Positions 1 through 11,017 of a stretch of 64,000 nucleotides of DNA are shown here, one piece after another. Position numbers and translations under genes: made by a program. This stretch comes from Candidatus Latescibacterota bacterium (GTDB taxonomy: Bacteria > Latescibacterota > CBDEFO01). The stretch is from assembly GCA_965248755.1 (NCBI GenBank), contig OZ252149.1, forward strand, positions 2,176,001-2,240,000, given 5' to 3'. The notes below the pieces were generated by a model, which searched no databases, was not told the DNA's origin, and worked only from the letters and a program-made list of their open reading frames with translations. Positions within the stretch are counted from its first letter, which is position 1. Each line of letters begins with the position of its first letter.

Positions 1-134
1 CGACCTTAGGCATGCTTGTCAAGGATGGGAAGGTGACCTCCCCCAGACCTGATAGCGTAATTGAACCAGATGACAGGGCCGTAATCTTCTCCGTGCCCTC
101 GGCTATATCTGATGTGGAGAAGATGTTTGCTTAG
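1..134 (+). CDS. trkA: 3' end of Trk potassium transporter TrkA (TrkA-C domain), partial
   Basis: Frame from 3 reads TLGMLVKDGKVTSPRPDSVIEPDDRAVIFSVPSAISDVEKMFA*, resembling TrkA C-termini. Confidence 0.65.
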   Translation, partial: TLGMLVKDGKVTSPRPDSVIEPDDRAVIFSVPSAISDVEKMFA

Positions 135-144
135 CGCAAAACTA

Positions 145-173
145 TTGACAAGTTCGCGCTAAAGTGTTATATT
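145..173 (+). promoter_or_regulatory. sigma70-type promoter of tRNA-Leu
   Basis: TTGACA(145-150)-N17-TATATT(168-173); lies within inverted repeat TTAGCGC...GCGCTAA. Confidence 0.75.
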
Positions 174-200
174 TTTCTGTGTTGCAAAGTGAGCCGAATA

Positions 201-288
<88 letters not shown>

Positions 289-330
289 GCAGATTAGTAG
301 GATGACCTTACGTAGCGATAACTTATGACT

Positions 331-480
331 ATGACTGATAAGAAGCAATTCCGTTTTGATCGAACAGGATTCTTAGTGCAGCCTGAGGCTTTGAGGTGTA
401 ATGAAAGGCCGCCATTCTCGAACAGACGTGTCGGTGACATTCCTGCTATGACAGCTACTGATATGATTTACTGCCTTTGA
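331..480 (+). pseudogene. 5' fragment of a PhyH-family dioxygenase gene
   Basis: MTDKKQFRFDRTGFLVQPEAL resembles PhyH N-termini (F..xGFLV...L), then the similarity is lost and the frame stops at 480. Confidence 0.45.
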
Positions 481-558
481 ACAAGTGATACTATTCTTAC
501 ACTTACTGGCTACGAGTTCAAAGTAAGAGATGGGTCGGAAAGCTTGAGATGATTCACA

Positions 559-1470
559 ATGAAATACGATGGCGTCAAGCGAACATTTGACTGCGATCCC
601 AGCCTGAGCGACTCACAGGTTCTGGAATTTTGCAGAAATGGTTTCCTACTTCTTCAAGGCGTTGTCTCTGATGATATTAATCAACGAACATGTGACTATT
701 TGAACGGAAATATATCTGCTGAACCCAGTTTCATTCCTGAGGGACTCACACGTGAGGATTTGGAGAGAATTCGAAACTCTCGTGGACCAAGCACAATCCT
801 TCTGGAGGATTGGTTTATTGAGCATGTCCTTCTGAATCCACAAGTAGCAGATGTATTACGGTCGTTACTTGGTAGGAACGTGGGTCTGCCAGTTCTGGTG
901 AGTAGTCACCGTTTCGAATATCCGGGTACAGCCCAGGCATGGCATCGTGATGCGGACCACATATTTGGTCCTGAAATCATTTTTATCGAAGTCTTTTACT
1001 TTCCCCAGGACACCCCACTTGAGATGGGACCAACTGAGTTGGTCCCAGGGTCGCATATCGGCCTCGCCCGTCCTGATGCGGGAGAAAAAGGCGTTCCAAC
1101 TGAGGGACCCGCCGGGACGATAGGCATACATTCTCAAAGTATTCTACATCGAAAGGGAGAATCCACGGCAGACGGGGTCCGTCACATGCTGAAATACAAT
1201 TACTGGCGAACGGTACCTCCCGAAAGAGAGTGGATTATTGAACCGAACTTTGACTTTCGCACTGCCTATTATGGTGGTCATGGCGTGGCCAGATACTTTG
1301 CTCATATGTTCTATTGGTTGTGCGGAAAGGGAGATGAATATCGGATCATAGGTGGACAAGCGTGGCCTTGCTCAACTGAATACCAAATCGGTCCGTCTTA
1401 TGGATTTTGGAAAAGGGAAGGCTACCTTCCGAACTGGCGAAAGAATAACCCTAACGATTACGCAACTTGA
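559..1470 (+). CDS. Phytanoyl-CoA dioxygenase (PhyH) family Fe(II)/2OG oxygenase
   Basis: F..NGFL N-terminus, WHRD (HxD), GPTELVPGSH, distal ILH...R. Confidence 0.85.
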   Translation: MKYDGVKRTFDCDPSLSDSQVLEFCRNGFLLLQGVVSDDINQRTCDYLNGNISAEPSFIPEGLTREDLERIRNSRGPSTILLEDWFIEHVLLNPQVADVLRSLLGRNVGLPVLVSSHRFEYPGTAQAWHRDADHIFGPEIIFIEVFYFPQDTPLEMGPTELVPGSHIGLARPDAGEKGVPTEGPAGTIGIHSQSILHRKGESTADGVRHMLKYNYWRTVPPEREWIIEPNFDFRTAYYGGHGVARYFAHMFYWLCGKGDEYRIIGGQAWPCSTEYQIGPSYGFWKREGYLPNWRKNNPNDYAT

Positions 1471-1700
1471 AATTCGCCCTGTACCATTCATGGCCGGTCC
1501 TAGGTTTACTTACGTCAAGCTGCATAACGTTGAAAGCATTGGTGGTATCCGTGAGTCCGCCTGTTCAAGCGAATAACGGGCGGTAAAGTCAGATCGAGAC
1601 CTTTCTGTCTAAACACAGCCATCGGGCGAAAGACCCCACTTTTTGTTGGTCAAGCTATTGCTGGGAAGTATCCATACTTTGCCGTATTATAGCTAGCAAC
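1452..1700 (+). pseudogene. Decayed N-terminus of a mandelate racemase/enolase-superfamily gene
   Basis: ITQLEIRPV...RFTYVKLHNVESIGGIRESA*...IG..DP resembles the MR/MLE capping domain; contains a stop and frameshifts. Confidence 0.4.
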
Positions 1701-1810
1701 GCACGCATCAGGAAACAGCTTTGGGCCACACGGTGCTCCTGCGGGCTTGGATTGAGTAGTAACTAGGCAAGGGGGAGGTTCCCCTGGCTACTCTAAAAGA
1801 AGGGATGTAG

Positions 1811-3103
1811 ATGCTGAAAGTAACGGTCAAAGAGACCAACTCTGTCAAAAGGGAACTGGAGATTGAAGCTCCGCCCGAGAGAGTGCAAAGGGAACTGGAC
1901 AAAGTCTACAAAAAGTACAGAAGGACAGTGCAGATTCCGGGCTTTAGAAAGGGGAAGGTACCTGTAGATATAATTAAGACCCGCCTCGGTAGCGCCATCG
2001 AGGCGGAAGTCTTAAATGACCTTCTGCCCATTTTATACAATGAGGCGATACACTCCCAGGATATAGAACCGGTCAGTCAGGCCTCCATAGATCAGATCCA
2101 GTACGAAGAAGGACAACCGCTCAAGTTCACAGCCTCCGTTGAGGTTAAGCCCGATATAGACCCCCAAGGATATAAAGATATAAGGGTGATTAAGGAGATA
2201 TACGAGGTCGCCGACAAAGATGTTGAGGAGAGGCTGAAATATATTCAGGAAGGACGCTCTTTAGAACAGAGCGTAGAACGCCAGGCAAAGGTGGGAGATC
2301 TTCTGCTTATGGATCTACAGGAGCTTTCTCCTGACGGTGTCCCCCTTGTCGGGGAAAAATCTGAAGACCAGCTCAAACTAATAGGGGGAGAAAACTCCAC
2401 CAGTCGGGATTTTGATAATCAATTAGTTGGAATTAAGAAGGGAGAACAGAGGAAGATAAGGTTCAAGTACAACGAAGACCTGGAAGATAGAAGCCTTGCT
2501 GGCAGAGAGTACCAAGTTCAGGTTGCAGTTAAGGACGTAAAAGAAAGGACAGTCCCCGATTTAGACGAGGAGTTTGCCAAAGATGTGGGTGATTACGCGT
2601 CACTTGAGGATCTAAGAGCTGCTGTTAGGAAGGAATTAGAAAGAGAGGTCAGCTATATCTCAACCGAGAAGATGCAAAACAGTCTAAAAGATCAAATAGT
2701 GGAAGCCAACGACTTTGAAGTCCCCCAGACGATGGTCGAAAGCTATATTGAAGCTTACTTGAGTAACCTGAGAGAAAAATACAAGGACGTTGATGAGGAG
2801 AAGATAAGGAAGCAAGGCCGTGATGAGGCTTTGAAAAGGATCAAGTGGCATGTGCTCTTGGATGCTATCGCCGAAAAAGAAGGCCTTGAGGTTACAGACG
2901 AAGAGGTCGAAAGCAGAGTAAAGGAACTTGCTCAAATTAATAATATGTCACCGTTGGAGATGAGGAGGAGATTGGAAAGGGACAATAGCATAGACAACAT
3001 AAAGTTTGACATGTTGGAAGAAAAGGTTATGTCCGTTTTGATCGACAATGCGGACGTAAAGGAGGAAAAACTCATAAAGGAAAAGAAGATAATTAAGGCT
3101 TGA
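1811..3103 (+). CDS. tig: Trigger factor
   Basis: IPGFRKGKVP signature, FKBP-like middle domain, upstream of clpP. Confidence 0.97.
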   Translation: MLKVTVKETNSVKRELEIEAPPERVQRELDKVYKKYRRTVQIPGFRKGKVPVDIIKTRLGSAIEAEVLNDLLPILYNEAIHSQDIEPVSQASIDQIQYEEGQPLKFTASVEVKPDIDPQGYKDIRVIKEIYEVADKDVEERLKYIQEGRSLEQSVERQAKVGDLLLMDLQELSPDGVPLVGEKSEDQLKLIGGENSTSRDFDNQLVGIKKGEQRKIRFKYNEDLEDRSLAGREYQVQVAVKDVKERTVPDLDEEFAKDVGDYASLEDLRAAVRKELEREVSYISTEKMQNSLKDQIVEANDFEVPQTMVESYIEAYLSNLREKYKDVDEEKIRKQGRDEALKRIKWHVLLDAIAEKEGLEVTDEEVESRVKELAQINNMSPLEMRRRLERDNSIDNIKFDMLEEKVMSVLIDNADVKEEKLIKEKKIIKA

Positions 3104-3119
3104 AAAGTAGAGGAGAACT

Positions 3120-3734
3120 ATGGCTTTAGTTCCGATGGTAATAGAACAGACGGGCCGCGGCGAAAGGGCAATGGACATCTTCTCCCGTCTTTTGAAGGAG
3201 AGGATTATATTTATAGGGATGCCTATAGACGATACGATAGCCAATTTGGTGATCGCCCAGCTTTTGCTTTTGGCGTCCGAGGACCCCGAAAAGGAAATAT
3301 CAGTCTATATCAACACCCCCGGCGGGTTCGTATCATCTGGGTTAGCTGTATATGATACTATGCAATTCATAAAACCCGACATTTCTACTATATGCATGGG
3401 AGAAGCCGCAAGTATGGGCGCGGTCCTTTTGGCTGCGGGGACCAATGGCAAAAGATTTGCGCTTCCGCACGCAAGGATTATGATGCACCAGCCCTGGGGA
3501 CAGGTCGGAGGTCAGGCCTCAGATATAGATATCCACGCGCAGGAGATAGTCAGAATGCGGCAGAGTCTCAACCAGATCCTATCCGAACACACGGGTCATC
3601 CGATAGAAAAGATCGAAAAGGACACCGACAGGAACTTCTTTATGTCTCCCCAAGAGTCAGTAAAATATGGTCTTATAGATGAAGTCATCTCTACACAGAA
3701 GGAAGATGAAGACGAAATTGAGGACGAAGACTAA
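3120..3734 (+). CDS. clpP: ATP-dependent Clp protease proteolytic subunit
   Basis: [18 protein letters not shown] catalytic Ser, IMMHQP, DTDRN. Confidence 0.98.
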   Translation: MALVPMVIEQTGRGERAMDIFSRLLKERIIFIGMPIDDTIANLVIAQLLLLASEDPEKEISVYINTPGGFVSSGLAVYDTMQFIKPDISTICMGEAASMGAVLLAAGTNGKRFALPHARIMMHQPWGQVGGQASDIDIHAQEIVRMRQSLNQILSEHTGHPIEKIEKDTDRNFFMSPQESVKYGLIDEVISTQKEDEDEIEDED

Positions 3735-3837
3735 GAAAGTAGTGAGAGCTCTTCTCTCTTACCAGTAAATTGTTTACTGTTTGCTTTCTACTAAACTTGG
3801 AGTGTCTGCAAATTTTCACGGTAGAGAAAGGACAGCT

Positions 3838-5079
3838 ATGAGAAAAAGATCTTCAAGGTCGGATGTAAGGTGCTCTTTTTGCGACAAGACTGCAAGTCAG
3901 GTAGATAAGATGATCAGCGGGCCTTCGGTCAGTATTTGCACCGATTGCCTGAGGATCTGCAACGAGATCCTCCTGGAGGAGGATGCCAAGCAAAAGGCGA
4001 TCTTCGCGGATATAACGCTTCCCAAGCCAGCCGAGATAAGAGAGCGTCTGGATGAGTACGTTGTAGGTCAAGAGATGGCGAAGAAGTCTCTGTCTGTGGC
4101 CGTCTATAATCATTACAAGCGCATCGGCAACAGTGCTTCTATGGATGATGTCGAACTTGAAAAGAGTAACATACTCCTTATTGGACCCACCGGGACAGGC
4201 AAAACACTTCTTGCACAGACCCTTGCAAAGATACTCAAGGTGCCCTTCACCATAGTGGATGCGACCACCCTTACTGAGGCGGGATATGTGGGAGAGGACG
4301 TGGAAAACGTACTCGTGAGACTCCTTCAGTCTGCCGATTACAATATTACCAGCGCCGAAAAAGGAATAGCGTATATTGACGAGATAGATAAAATCTCCCG
4401 AAAATCAGTTAATCCCTCTATCACAAGGGACGTTTCGGGAGAGGGTGTCCAACAGGCCCTCTTGAAGATATTAGAGGGAGCGATAGTCAGCGTTCCGCCA
4501 AAAGGTGGGAGGAAGCACCCGGAACAACCGTTAATACAGATCAACACAAAAAACATACTCTTCATCTGCGGCGGAGCTTTCGACGGACTTGAGGACGTCA
4601 TCTCCCACAGGATAGGGAAAAAGACAATAGGCTTCAGGGCAAAGGTGAAAGATAACAGCAAGCAGAGCATAGGAGAGACACTTTCCCAGGTCGAGCCTGA
4701 CGACCTTTTGAAATACGGATTTATACCTGAACTTATAGGGAGGATCCCTATTGTAAGCACACTTGACGATCTGGGCGAAGATGCCCTTCTGGATATACTC
4801 ATAAGGCCCAAAAACGCCATCACTAAACAGTACCGAAAGCTCTTCGACATGGACGGCATAAGGCTTTCGTTTGAGGATAACGCCTTAAAGAAAGTTGTTG
4901 AAATAGCCACGAAGAAGGGCACCGGTGCAAGGGGATTGAGAGCGGTCTTTGAGGATGTGATGCTGGACATTATGTACGAGATCCCATCTATGCACAACGT
5001 CGAAGACGTCGTAATTACTGAGGATGTCATAGAAAAGGGGTCACAGCCGGATTACAGGATAAAGAAGAGGCGAGCTTAG
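3838..5079 (+). CDS. clpX: ATP-dependent Clp protease ATP-binding subunit
   Basis: CSFC zinc finger, [22 protein letters not shown] loop; ATG at 3838 preferred to upstream TTG. Confidence 0.98.
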   Translation: MRKRSSRSDVRCSFCDKTASQVDKMISGPSVSICTDCLRICNEILLEEDAKQKAIFADITLPKPAEIRERLDEYVVGQEMAKKSLSVAVYNHYKRIGNSASMDDVELEKSNILLIGPTGTGKTLLAQTLAKILKVPFTIVDATTLTEAGYVGEDVENVLVRLLQSADYNITSAEKGIAYIDEIDKISRKSVNPSITRDVSGEGVQQALLKILEGAIVSVPPKGGRKHPEQPLIQINTKNILFICGGAFDGLEDVISHRIGKKTIGFRAKVKDNSKQSIGETLSQVEPDDLLKYGFIPELIGRIPIVSTLDDLGEDALLDILIRPKNAITKQYRKLFDMDGIRLSFEDNALKKVVEIATKKGTGARGLRAVFEDVMLDIMYEIPSMHNVEDVVITEDVIEKGSQPDYRIKKRRA

Positions 5080-5190
5080 TACAAGCATGAAGCAGACAGT
5101 AGTTAGGAGCAAAGAGAGGCCCTGTCTACTATTAGTATCCGGGGTTGTCATACGGAGTCTACGCTTGATCCCGGATATTTTTATAAGGTT

Positions 5191-5775
5191 ATGAAAATAG
5201 TATCTGCGGAGTTTGTAAGATCGTTTTACACAGTTGATGACCTTCCCTGCGGATATCTCCCGGAAGTCGCCTTTTCAGGCAGGTCGAACGTCGGGAAATC
5301 CTCCATGATAAATGTCCTGTTAAGGCGCAAGAACCTTGCCAAAACGAGTTCTACACCCGGTAAGACAAGATCCTTAAACTACTACAGAATCGATAATAAA
5401 TTACACCTTGTCGATCTTCCAGGATATGGATTTTCAAAGGCCCCCAAATTTGAAAGGGCACAGTGGGGAGATCTGGTTGAGCCCTATCTGCTCGAAAGGA
5501 AAAATCTCAAGGGTATAATCCAACTGATAGATGCAAGACACGATCCGCAGAAGAACGACCTGAAGATGATGGAATGGCTCCTTTACTACAAGAAGCCATT
5601 CCTTTTAGTTTTGACAAAATCTGACAAAGTCTCAAAAAATGATCTTCAACTGCAGAAGGACACCTTTGGAGAACTGTTACACGAACTCGAGACTTCTCCT
5701 GTTGTACCCTTTTCAGCCAGGACGAAAGACGGAAAAAACTTTGTGTGGGATTGGATCAGAAATGTCGTAAAATAG
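5191..5775 (+). CDS. engB: Ribosome biogenesis GTP-binding protein EngB/YihA
   Basis: GRSNVGKSS, TPGKT, DLPGYG, TKSDK; follows clpX. Confidence 0.96.
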   Translation: MKIVSAEFVRSFYTVDDLPCGYLPEVAFSGRSNVGKSSMINVLLRRKNLAKTSSTPGKTRSLNYYRIDNKLHLVDLPGYGFSKAPKFERAQWGDLVEPYLLERKNLKGIIQLIDARHDPQKNDLKMMEWLLYYKKPFLLVLTKSDKVSKNDLQLQKDTFGELLHELETSPVVPFSARTKDGKNFVWDWIRNVVK

Positions 5776-5833
5776 GGTAAAGTAGCCAGTAGACGAGACA
5801 ACCCTGTCCTACTCCCAACGAAAGGATATTCAG

Positions 5834-6622
5834 ATGATAAAGAATAAGGTAAAATGGGACCTCAAGGATGGGAAGACTTCGATAGGTACATTTCTTAACC
5901 TTATGAAAGACCCCGAGGCTGTAAGGATTTTGGGCGACGCTGGCTTTGACTTTTTCGTTGTGGACGCAGAGCATTCTCCGTATAATGAGGACACAGCCAG
6001 GCTGCTGATGAAGGAGGGAAGAGCTACAGGGATTATGCCATTTATGAGAGTCCCAGATCCCATCTATCACTTTTTGGCAAGGGCATTAGATTCGGGGGCT
6101 ATGGGGCTTATTATTCCGAGAGTTGAGACGAAGGAGCAGGTCGAAAGAATAATCGAATCTACCAAGTTTCCGCCCTGGGGGAGGAGGGGCTCGGCGCTCA
6201 GACCCGTGGCTTTGGACTACGAGAGCACTCCCGTGCAGGATTACATAGTGCAGGCAAATCGCGAGACGATGATCGCAATTCAGATAGAAAGCTCAACTGC
6301 GATTGAAAGGATAGACGATCTTCTGTCTGTGGAGGGCGTGGACGCCGCATTTATCGGACCCAACGACCTTTCGATCAACCTCGGGATCCCCGGAAAGCAG
6401 GGAGACCCCAAAATGTTCGAGTGCGTCAAAGAGGTTATAGAGGCCTGTAAAAGGCATGACGCAGTACCCGGCTGTCAGCAAAACGACCTGGAATTGCTTA
6501 TAGAGTGGATGAAGATGGGAATAACGATGGCAAGCTATGGTAGTGAGGTCGTTCATCTTAAAACAGGGGCCGAAATGAAGGCTCGAAAGATGCGGCAAGC
6601 GGCCGTAGGGGCGCACTCCTGA
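5834..6622 (+). CDS. HpcH/HpaI aldolase family protein
   Basis: GFDFFVVDAEH, LDSGAMG...PRVET, QIES, FIGPNDLS. Confidence 0.9.
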   Translation: MIKNKVKWDLKDGKTSIGTFLNLMKDPEAVRILGDAGFDFFVVDAEHSPYNEDTARLLMKEGRATGIMPFMRVPDPIYHFLARALDSGAMGLIIPRVETKEQVERIIESTKFPPWGRRGSALRPVALDYESTPVQDYIVQANRETMIAIQIESSTAIERIDDLLSVEGVDAAFIGPNDLSINLGIPGKQGDPKMFECVKEVIEACKRHDAVPGCQQNDLELLIEWMKMGITMASYGSEVVHLKTGAEMKARKMRQAAVGAHS

Positions 6623-6686
6623 ACAAGTCTACAGCATATCAATATCCTTCCCTTTAGAGTGTCTACTTGTAGAGGCAAGGGACAAT

Positions 6687-7727
6687 ATGACAGGTCATGC
6701 ATTCCCCCTGATCGAGGTGGAGGGAAGTTCTTATGAGATGGGCTACCAGCATGGTTCCCAGGCTGCCGATCTGGTGAGGCGATACGTTTTGTGGATAGAG
6801 AAGCTAACGCACACACCAGTAAGTGTACTACGCAAAAACGCTATGGCGTTCAGGCAGGAAATGGAAATACTAAGTCCTCCTTTACTGGAGGAGGTACGCG
6901 GCCTTGCTGACGGGGCAGGTATAAGCTTTGAAGAGGCGATGCTCTGCCAGGTCCGCGCTGAGGCCGCCCAGGTCAGTTCGGGGACGATGGAGGGGTGCTC
7001 CGCCTTTGCCTTGGCAGGAACAGTCACAGCCGACGGCCAGCCCCTTGCCGGCCAGAACCAGGACCTGGAGCCAGAATACGCAGACGTGGCAATATTGCTT
7101 CGGGTAAAGCCTGCCGATGGTCGTCCAAGAGCGCTCATGTTCACCTTTGCCGGACAACTCGGCTACTCGGGAATGAACGAACACGGTCTGACTCACTTTG
7201 CCAATGCTCTGTACGACTATCAGTGGCGTCACGGTTTGCCCCACTATCCCCTAAAGCGGGTAATGCTGGAAAAAGAGACCGTAGAGGAGTGCGTGGAACT
7301 CTTGGAGCGGCACCGCACCTGCTCAGCACACAACGTAGTTCTATGCGACAGCCTGGGTAAAATCGCCGACGTCGAGGTTCGACCTGAGGGAATCGCCCTC
7401 TTTGAGGATAAACATCCACACCTCTGCGTGCACACCAACCATTACTTGACGCCCCAGTTTTCGCCCTTTGAGACCAATTCCCTTCCCGATTCCTGCCCCC
7501 GACTTGCCCGTATGCGTGCCCTGATCGTGGAAAACTGGGGAAAGATAACTGTAGAGACCTTAAAGACTATCCTTGCAGACCACCAAAATGAGGCAAGCGG
7601 CATATGCAGGCACGGAGAAAAGGGGATGCACTCCATATCAGGATACATCGCCGAGCCGGCTAAAGGCGTCCTACACATTCGCCGGGGCCACGGCTGTCTG
7701 GGAACGTGGCAGACCTACCAGGTATAA
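6687..7727 (+). CDS. C45 family autoproteolytic acyltransferase/peptidase
   Basis: G.YEMG.QHG N-terminus, EGCSAF autocleavage Cys, GQNQD, GMNEHGL, HTNHY. Confidence 0.88.
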   Translation: MTGHAFPLIEVEGSSYEMGYQHGSQAADLVRRYVLWIEKLTHTPVSVLRKNAMAFRQEMEILSPPLLEEVRGLADGAGISFEEAMLCQVRAEAAQVSSGTMEGCSAFALAGTVTADGQPLAGQNQDLEPEYADVAILLRVKPADGRPRALMFTFAGQLGYSGMNEHGLTHFANALYDYQWRHGLPHYPLKRVMLEKETVEECVELLERHRTCSAHNVVLCDSLGKIADVEVRPEGIALFEDKHPHLCVHTNHYLTPQFSPFETNSLPDSCPRLARMRALIVENWGKITVETLKTILADHQNEASGICRHGEKGMHSISGYIAEPAKGVLHIRRGHGCLGTWQTYQV

Positions 7728-7779
7728 TGACGACAGTTTGAAGTATCACCTCGAGTATCTAGTGTTGTTGAATCTCTCT

Positions 7780-8032
7780 ATTCTGACCCAAGAAAGTGAT
7801 TCATTATGATTTTCGTGTTCATAGCTAAATCAACATATCCGTGTATAATATGTTAGGACATAAAGTTCCGAAATCGATGGATAGAAAGATGAATGTGCGC
7901 AATCGCTCTGTAGTCTGGGATAGCAAAGATAATCATGGAAAGAGCTTTGCCGGTGGGGTATATCTCTATCGAATGTAGGCGGATGGTACTGGAAAATTAG
8001 TGCGGACAAGGATACTGTTACTAATGAGATGG
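7780..8032 (+). pseudogene. Decayed FlgD-type C-terminal sorting domain
   Basis: INISVYNMLGHKV...SVVWDSKDNHGKSFAGGVYLYRM*...RTRILLLMR matches the IYNxLG..WDGxD..G..SGVYLY pattern but carries stops. Confidence 0.7.
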
Positions 8033-8220
8033 ACTCATTCCCAGAAGAGCCATAACTTTGGCCAGATAGGAATGTCTGACCCACCTTTTTGTATGTCGGT
8101 AGGATAGATATTCTTGCCTGTTCTTATTTAAGGAGCCCGCGGTACCTAACCTGCTGTACAACGTAAGTTTAAATATAGTAATCGTCAATTCTATCTATTC
8201 TTATAGAAGGGAGCAAAGGG

Positions 8221-8718
8221 ATGCTAACAAAGACAGTTCAAGATGCGATCAACGAACAGATCAAAGATGAGCTCTACTCCTCTTATCTGTACCTTTCGAT
8301 GGCCACATATTGCGAAACGATCCATCTTTCGGGGTCTGCTCGCTGGATGCGACTGCAAAGCCAGGAGGAGTATTCACACGCTATGAGGCTCTTCGACTAT
8401 ATTAACGATCGAGGCGGACGCGTGGTTCTTCAGGCTATCGATCAGCCGCCTTCGGAGTTCAAATCGCCGCTGGCCATCTTCAAGCAGGTCCTGGAACACG
8501 AGCAGGAGGTGACAGGGAAGATCCATCGACTCTACGAGCTCTCGGTTGAGGAGAACGACTACGCAACCCAGGTGGAGTTGCAGTGGTTCATCACAGAACA
8601 GGTCGAAGAGGAAAAAGTAACCGCCCAGATCATAGAGCAGTTGAAGATGATAGGAGACCAGGACACCTCTTTACTTATGCTGGACAGACACTTGGGCGAG
8701 CGAGGGGTAAATAACTGA
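8221..8718 (+). CDS. ftnA: Non-heme ferritin
   Basis: NEQI..ELYSSYLYLSM, EE.SHA, EHE, WFITEQVEEE ferroxidase motifs. Confidence 0.93.
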   Translation: MLTKTVQDAINEQIKDELYSSYLYLSMATYCETIHLSGSARWMRLQSQEEYSHAMRLFDYINDRGGRVVLQAIDQPPSEFKSPLAIFKQVLEHEQEVTGKIHRLYELSVEENDYATQVELQWFITEQVEEEKVTAQIIEQLKMIGDQDTSLLMLDRHLGERGVNN

Positions 8719-9057
8719 TTTCTCCCCAAAAAGTTCTTCGATACCTCAGTTCGAGCCGAGGAAATAAGGAGGAATGTCGGTTCATGGTGGAAGTTTTTGC
8801 AGATAGCTGGCTGAACGAAACGATATTTTAAGTAAGGAGGATACAGGGGAGGGAAGATTCGTCTCTGCCCCCGATTGAAGCTATCGGGGGCCTATCTACT
8901 GACTGGGGGCAGGCCTGCGGGTCTGCCCTTACCGTTTACGGGTAGAGATAATTTAGTCACAAAAATATTGAGAACCATCGGATACTATCTATCTTTATCG
9001 AGTACAAATTTTCCGCCTTTAAACCACGCTGATGTTAAATTAGAAGGAAGGGGAAAG

Positions 9058-9778
9058 ATGCGCCCATCATTTGAGGAAGTCTGCGACGGCTTTGTTCAGA
9101 ACGGTTTTGTTATCGTCCCCGACCTGTTCGATCAAGATGAGGTGAAAGTGTTCAAAGAGGAGATCGGTTATATCCTGGATGAAGTGCGGTGTGAGGCCGC
9201 CCGAGCTGGGAAGGATCCTGGGCAGGTCTTGCATAATAGGGTGTACGTGGGTCTGGCAGTGAAGAGCCAACTGTTTCGCCGTGCGGTGAGTGTTGAGCGA
9301 CTGCTCGACATCCTCGAAGCGATAATCAGCCCCAACATCTCTTTTTTAAGTGACAAGGTAGTCTTCAAGAACGAATCAGCAAATTTCGGCAGCCCTTGGC
9401 ACCAGAATTGGCCGTACTGGAAGGGGAGCCACAAGATTTCTGTGGGTTGCGCTGGAGGATTCCACCGCCGGGAACGGCCGCCTGAAATTGCTGCCCCGCT
9501 CCCACAAGGGTTTCGTTGTTCACGATGGGGATACAAATGATGGTTTCGGATTCGAACATCGGCTTCGTCCTGACGCGGTAGATGAAAGTGCGGCTGTAAC
9601 GGCAGAACTTGGTGCCGGTGAAGCGGTGTTATTTCACGATCTGATGCTCCATGCAAGTCATCCAAACAGATCACGGGCAGATCGGTGGGTGTGGCTCCCA
9701 ACTTATCGCGATGCACAGGCCGATGATCCGGACTATCCCTGGGCCAGAGCTGCAGAAGTGGTACGCGGCAGGGGATAG
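9058..9778 (+). pseudogene. PhyH-family dioxygenase, frameshifted near 9443
   Basis: ORFs 8875 and 9488 join as HKISV(W)VALEDSTAGNGRLKLLPRSH if a TG is restored; iron motif reads HQN rather than HQD. Confidence 0.8.
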
Positions 9779-9854
9779 TGCATTCAAGACTGACAAAATC
9801 GCTGTCAAGGAGGTCAATGATGGTCTATCGTGATCGGCAAGAGATTAAAAAGAA

Positions 9855-10985
9855 ATGAGAAACTTGCTGTTATTAAGTATCCTACTTTTTACTGCCCAAT
9901 CGGATGCATTCCAGATTAGAAATAGCGATGGTATTTTAATGGAATTCGGCGGTGTGGTGGAGATGGAATTCGTAGATGTTGAAGGCAGCGGCGGTTTTTC
10001 TCATCGAGATCTGACCTTTCAAAAGGTTAAAACACGTAGCCCACACGCGCGAATAGATAAAGCTGTACTGTCGACCAAAATTATTTATAACGAAAATCTA
10101 TACTATAAAGCACAGCTCCGCTTTGATGATAATAAAGCGCGCGTAGATAAGCATTACGCTCACCTTAATGCACCATCGATCCGCACTCTATTTGAAATTG
10201 GGAAAAACCGTCCCTATATTCACACCGGTCGCCGGACGGAGGGCTATCCGCTGATCGGTACTGCCTATTGGAGAGGCCGGGAATATCACATTACCTCACA
10301 GACCGAATTCCCGATAGCCGAAGATGTCAGTTTAGTCGGCGCTCTTTCTACTGCCCAGAAACGTCCGCTGGGCACCGGCGACGCCGCTGAGGACAAATCT
10401 TTCAAACTGATTGTTTACGATGATTCTGCGACAAAAGATGGCCAGACTTTTGAGTATGGCGCTATTCTGGGATTAAAAACACTTGACTTATCTATTTTGA
10501 GTTGGTATTATAACGGCAAACTGATAGACGACTTTGACTGGAAGACACAGCTTTCCCAGAGTTTAGCCGAATACGATAAATTAGGAGATCGCACCGATAG
10601 GACTCATTGCTGGTATGGCGGAAGGATTAGCTTTGATCGGCATAATGTCCATACTCGAGCTGAATTTATCAATTCGCAGGACGGGTTATTACCCCGAGAT
10701 GGTTATTACATCGAAGTGTCTTATCGAATCAAGCTCTTGCCGATAAAAGATATCGAACCTCTAATTCGTTATGGTGTTTTAAATGTCAGAGACCATCCAC
10801 CTCTGCTGGGCAATCCTATGACCTGGGATCGTAAGATGACTACTTTGGCACTATTGACCCGTATCAATAAATATCTAATCATAAAGATGGAGTATTACAT
10901 CCTTGACGAAACAACAGGCGGCGATCCTCCGGAAGATAGTGTGAGGGACAATCAGCTTTTGATCCAATCCAATTTCAAGTTTTAA
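9855..10985 (+). CDS. Secreted putative outer-membrane beta-barrel (porin-like) protein
   Basis: Signal peptide, alternating amphipathic strands, C-terminal ...QSNFKF ending in Phe. Confidence 0.65.
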   Translation: MRNLLLLSILLFTAQSDAFQIRNSDGILMEFGGVVEMEFVDVEGSGGFSHRDLTFQKVKTRSPHARIDKAVLSTKIIYNENLYYKAQLRFDDNKARVDKHYAHLNAPSIRTLFEIGKNRPYIHTGRRTEGYPLIGTAYWRGREYHITSQTEFPIAEDVSLVGALSTAQKRPLGTGDAAEDKSFKLIVYDDSATKDGQTFEYGAILGLKTLDLSILSWYYNGKLIDDFDWKTQLSQSLAEYDKLGDRTDRTHCWYGGRISFDRHNVHTRAEFINSQDGLLPRDGYYIEVSYRIKLLPIKDIEPLIRYGVLNVRDHPPLLGNPMTWDRKMTTLALLTRINKYLIIKMEYYILDETTGGDPPEDSVRDNQLLIQSNFKF

Positions 10986-11017
10986 GCATATGAGCCGAAT
11001 AATTAAAGGAGGTCTTT

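Noticed and set aside
4338..5030. Long antisense ORFs over clpX, and similarly over gap, ilvN, leuA, the S8 gene, 25192-25809 and 53331-54161
   Set aside because: Mirror frames of well-supported genes
8875..9057. N-terminal extension of ORF 8875
   Set aside because: Starts inside a repeat; PhyH similarity and a purine-rich RBS point to ATG 9058
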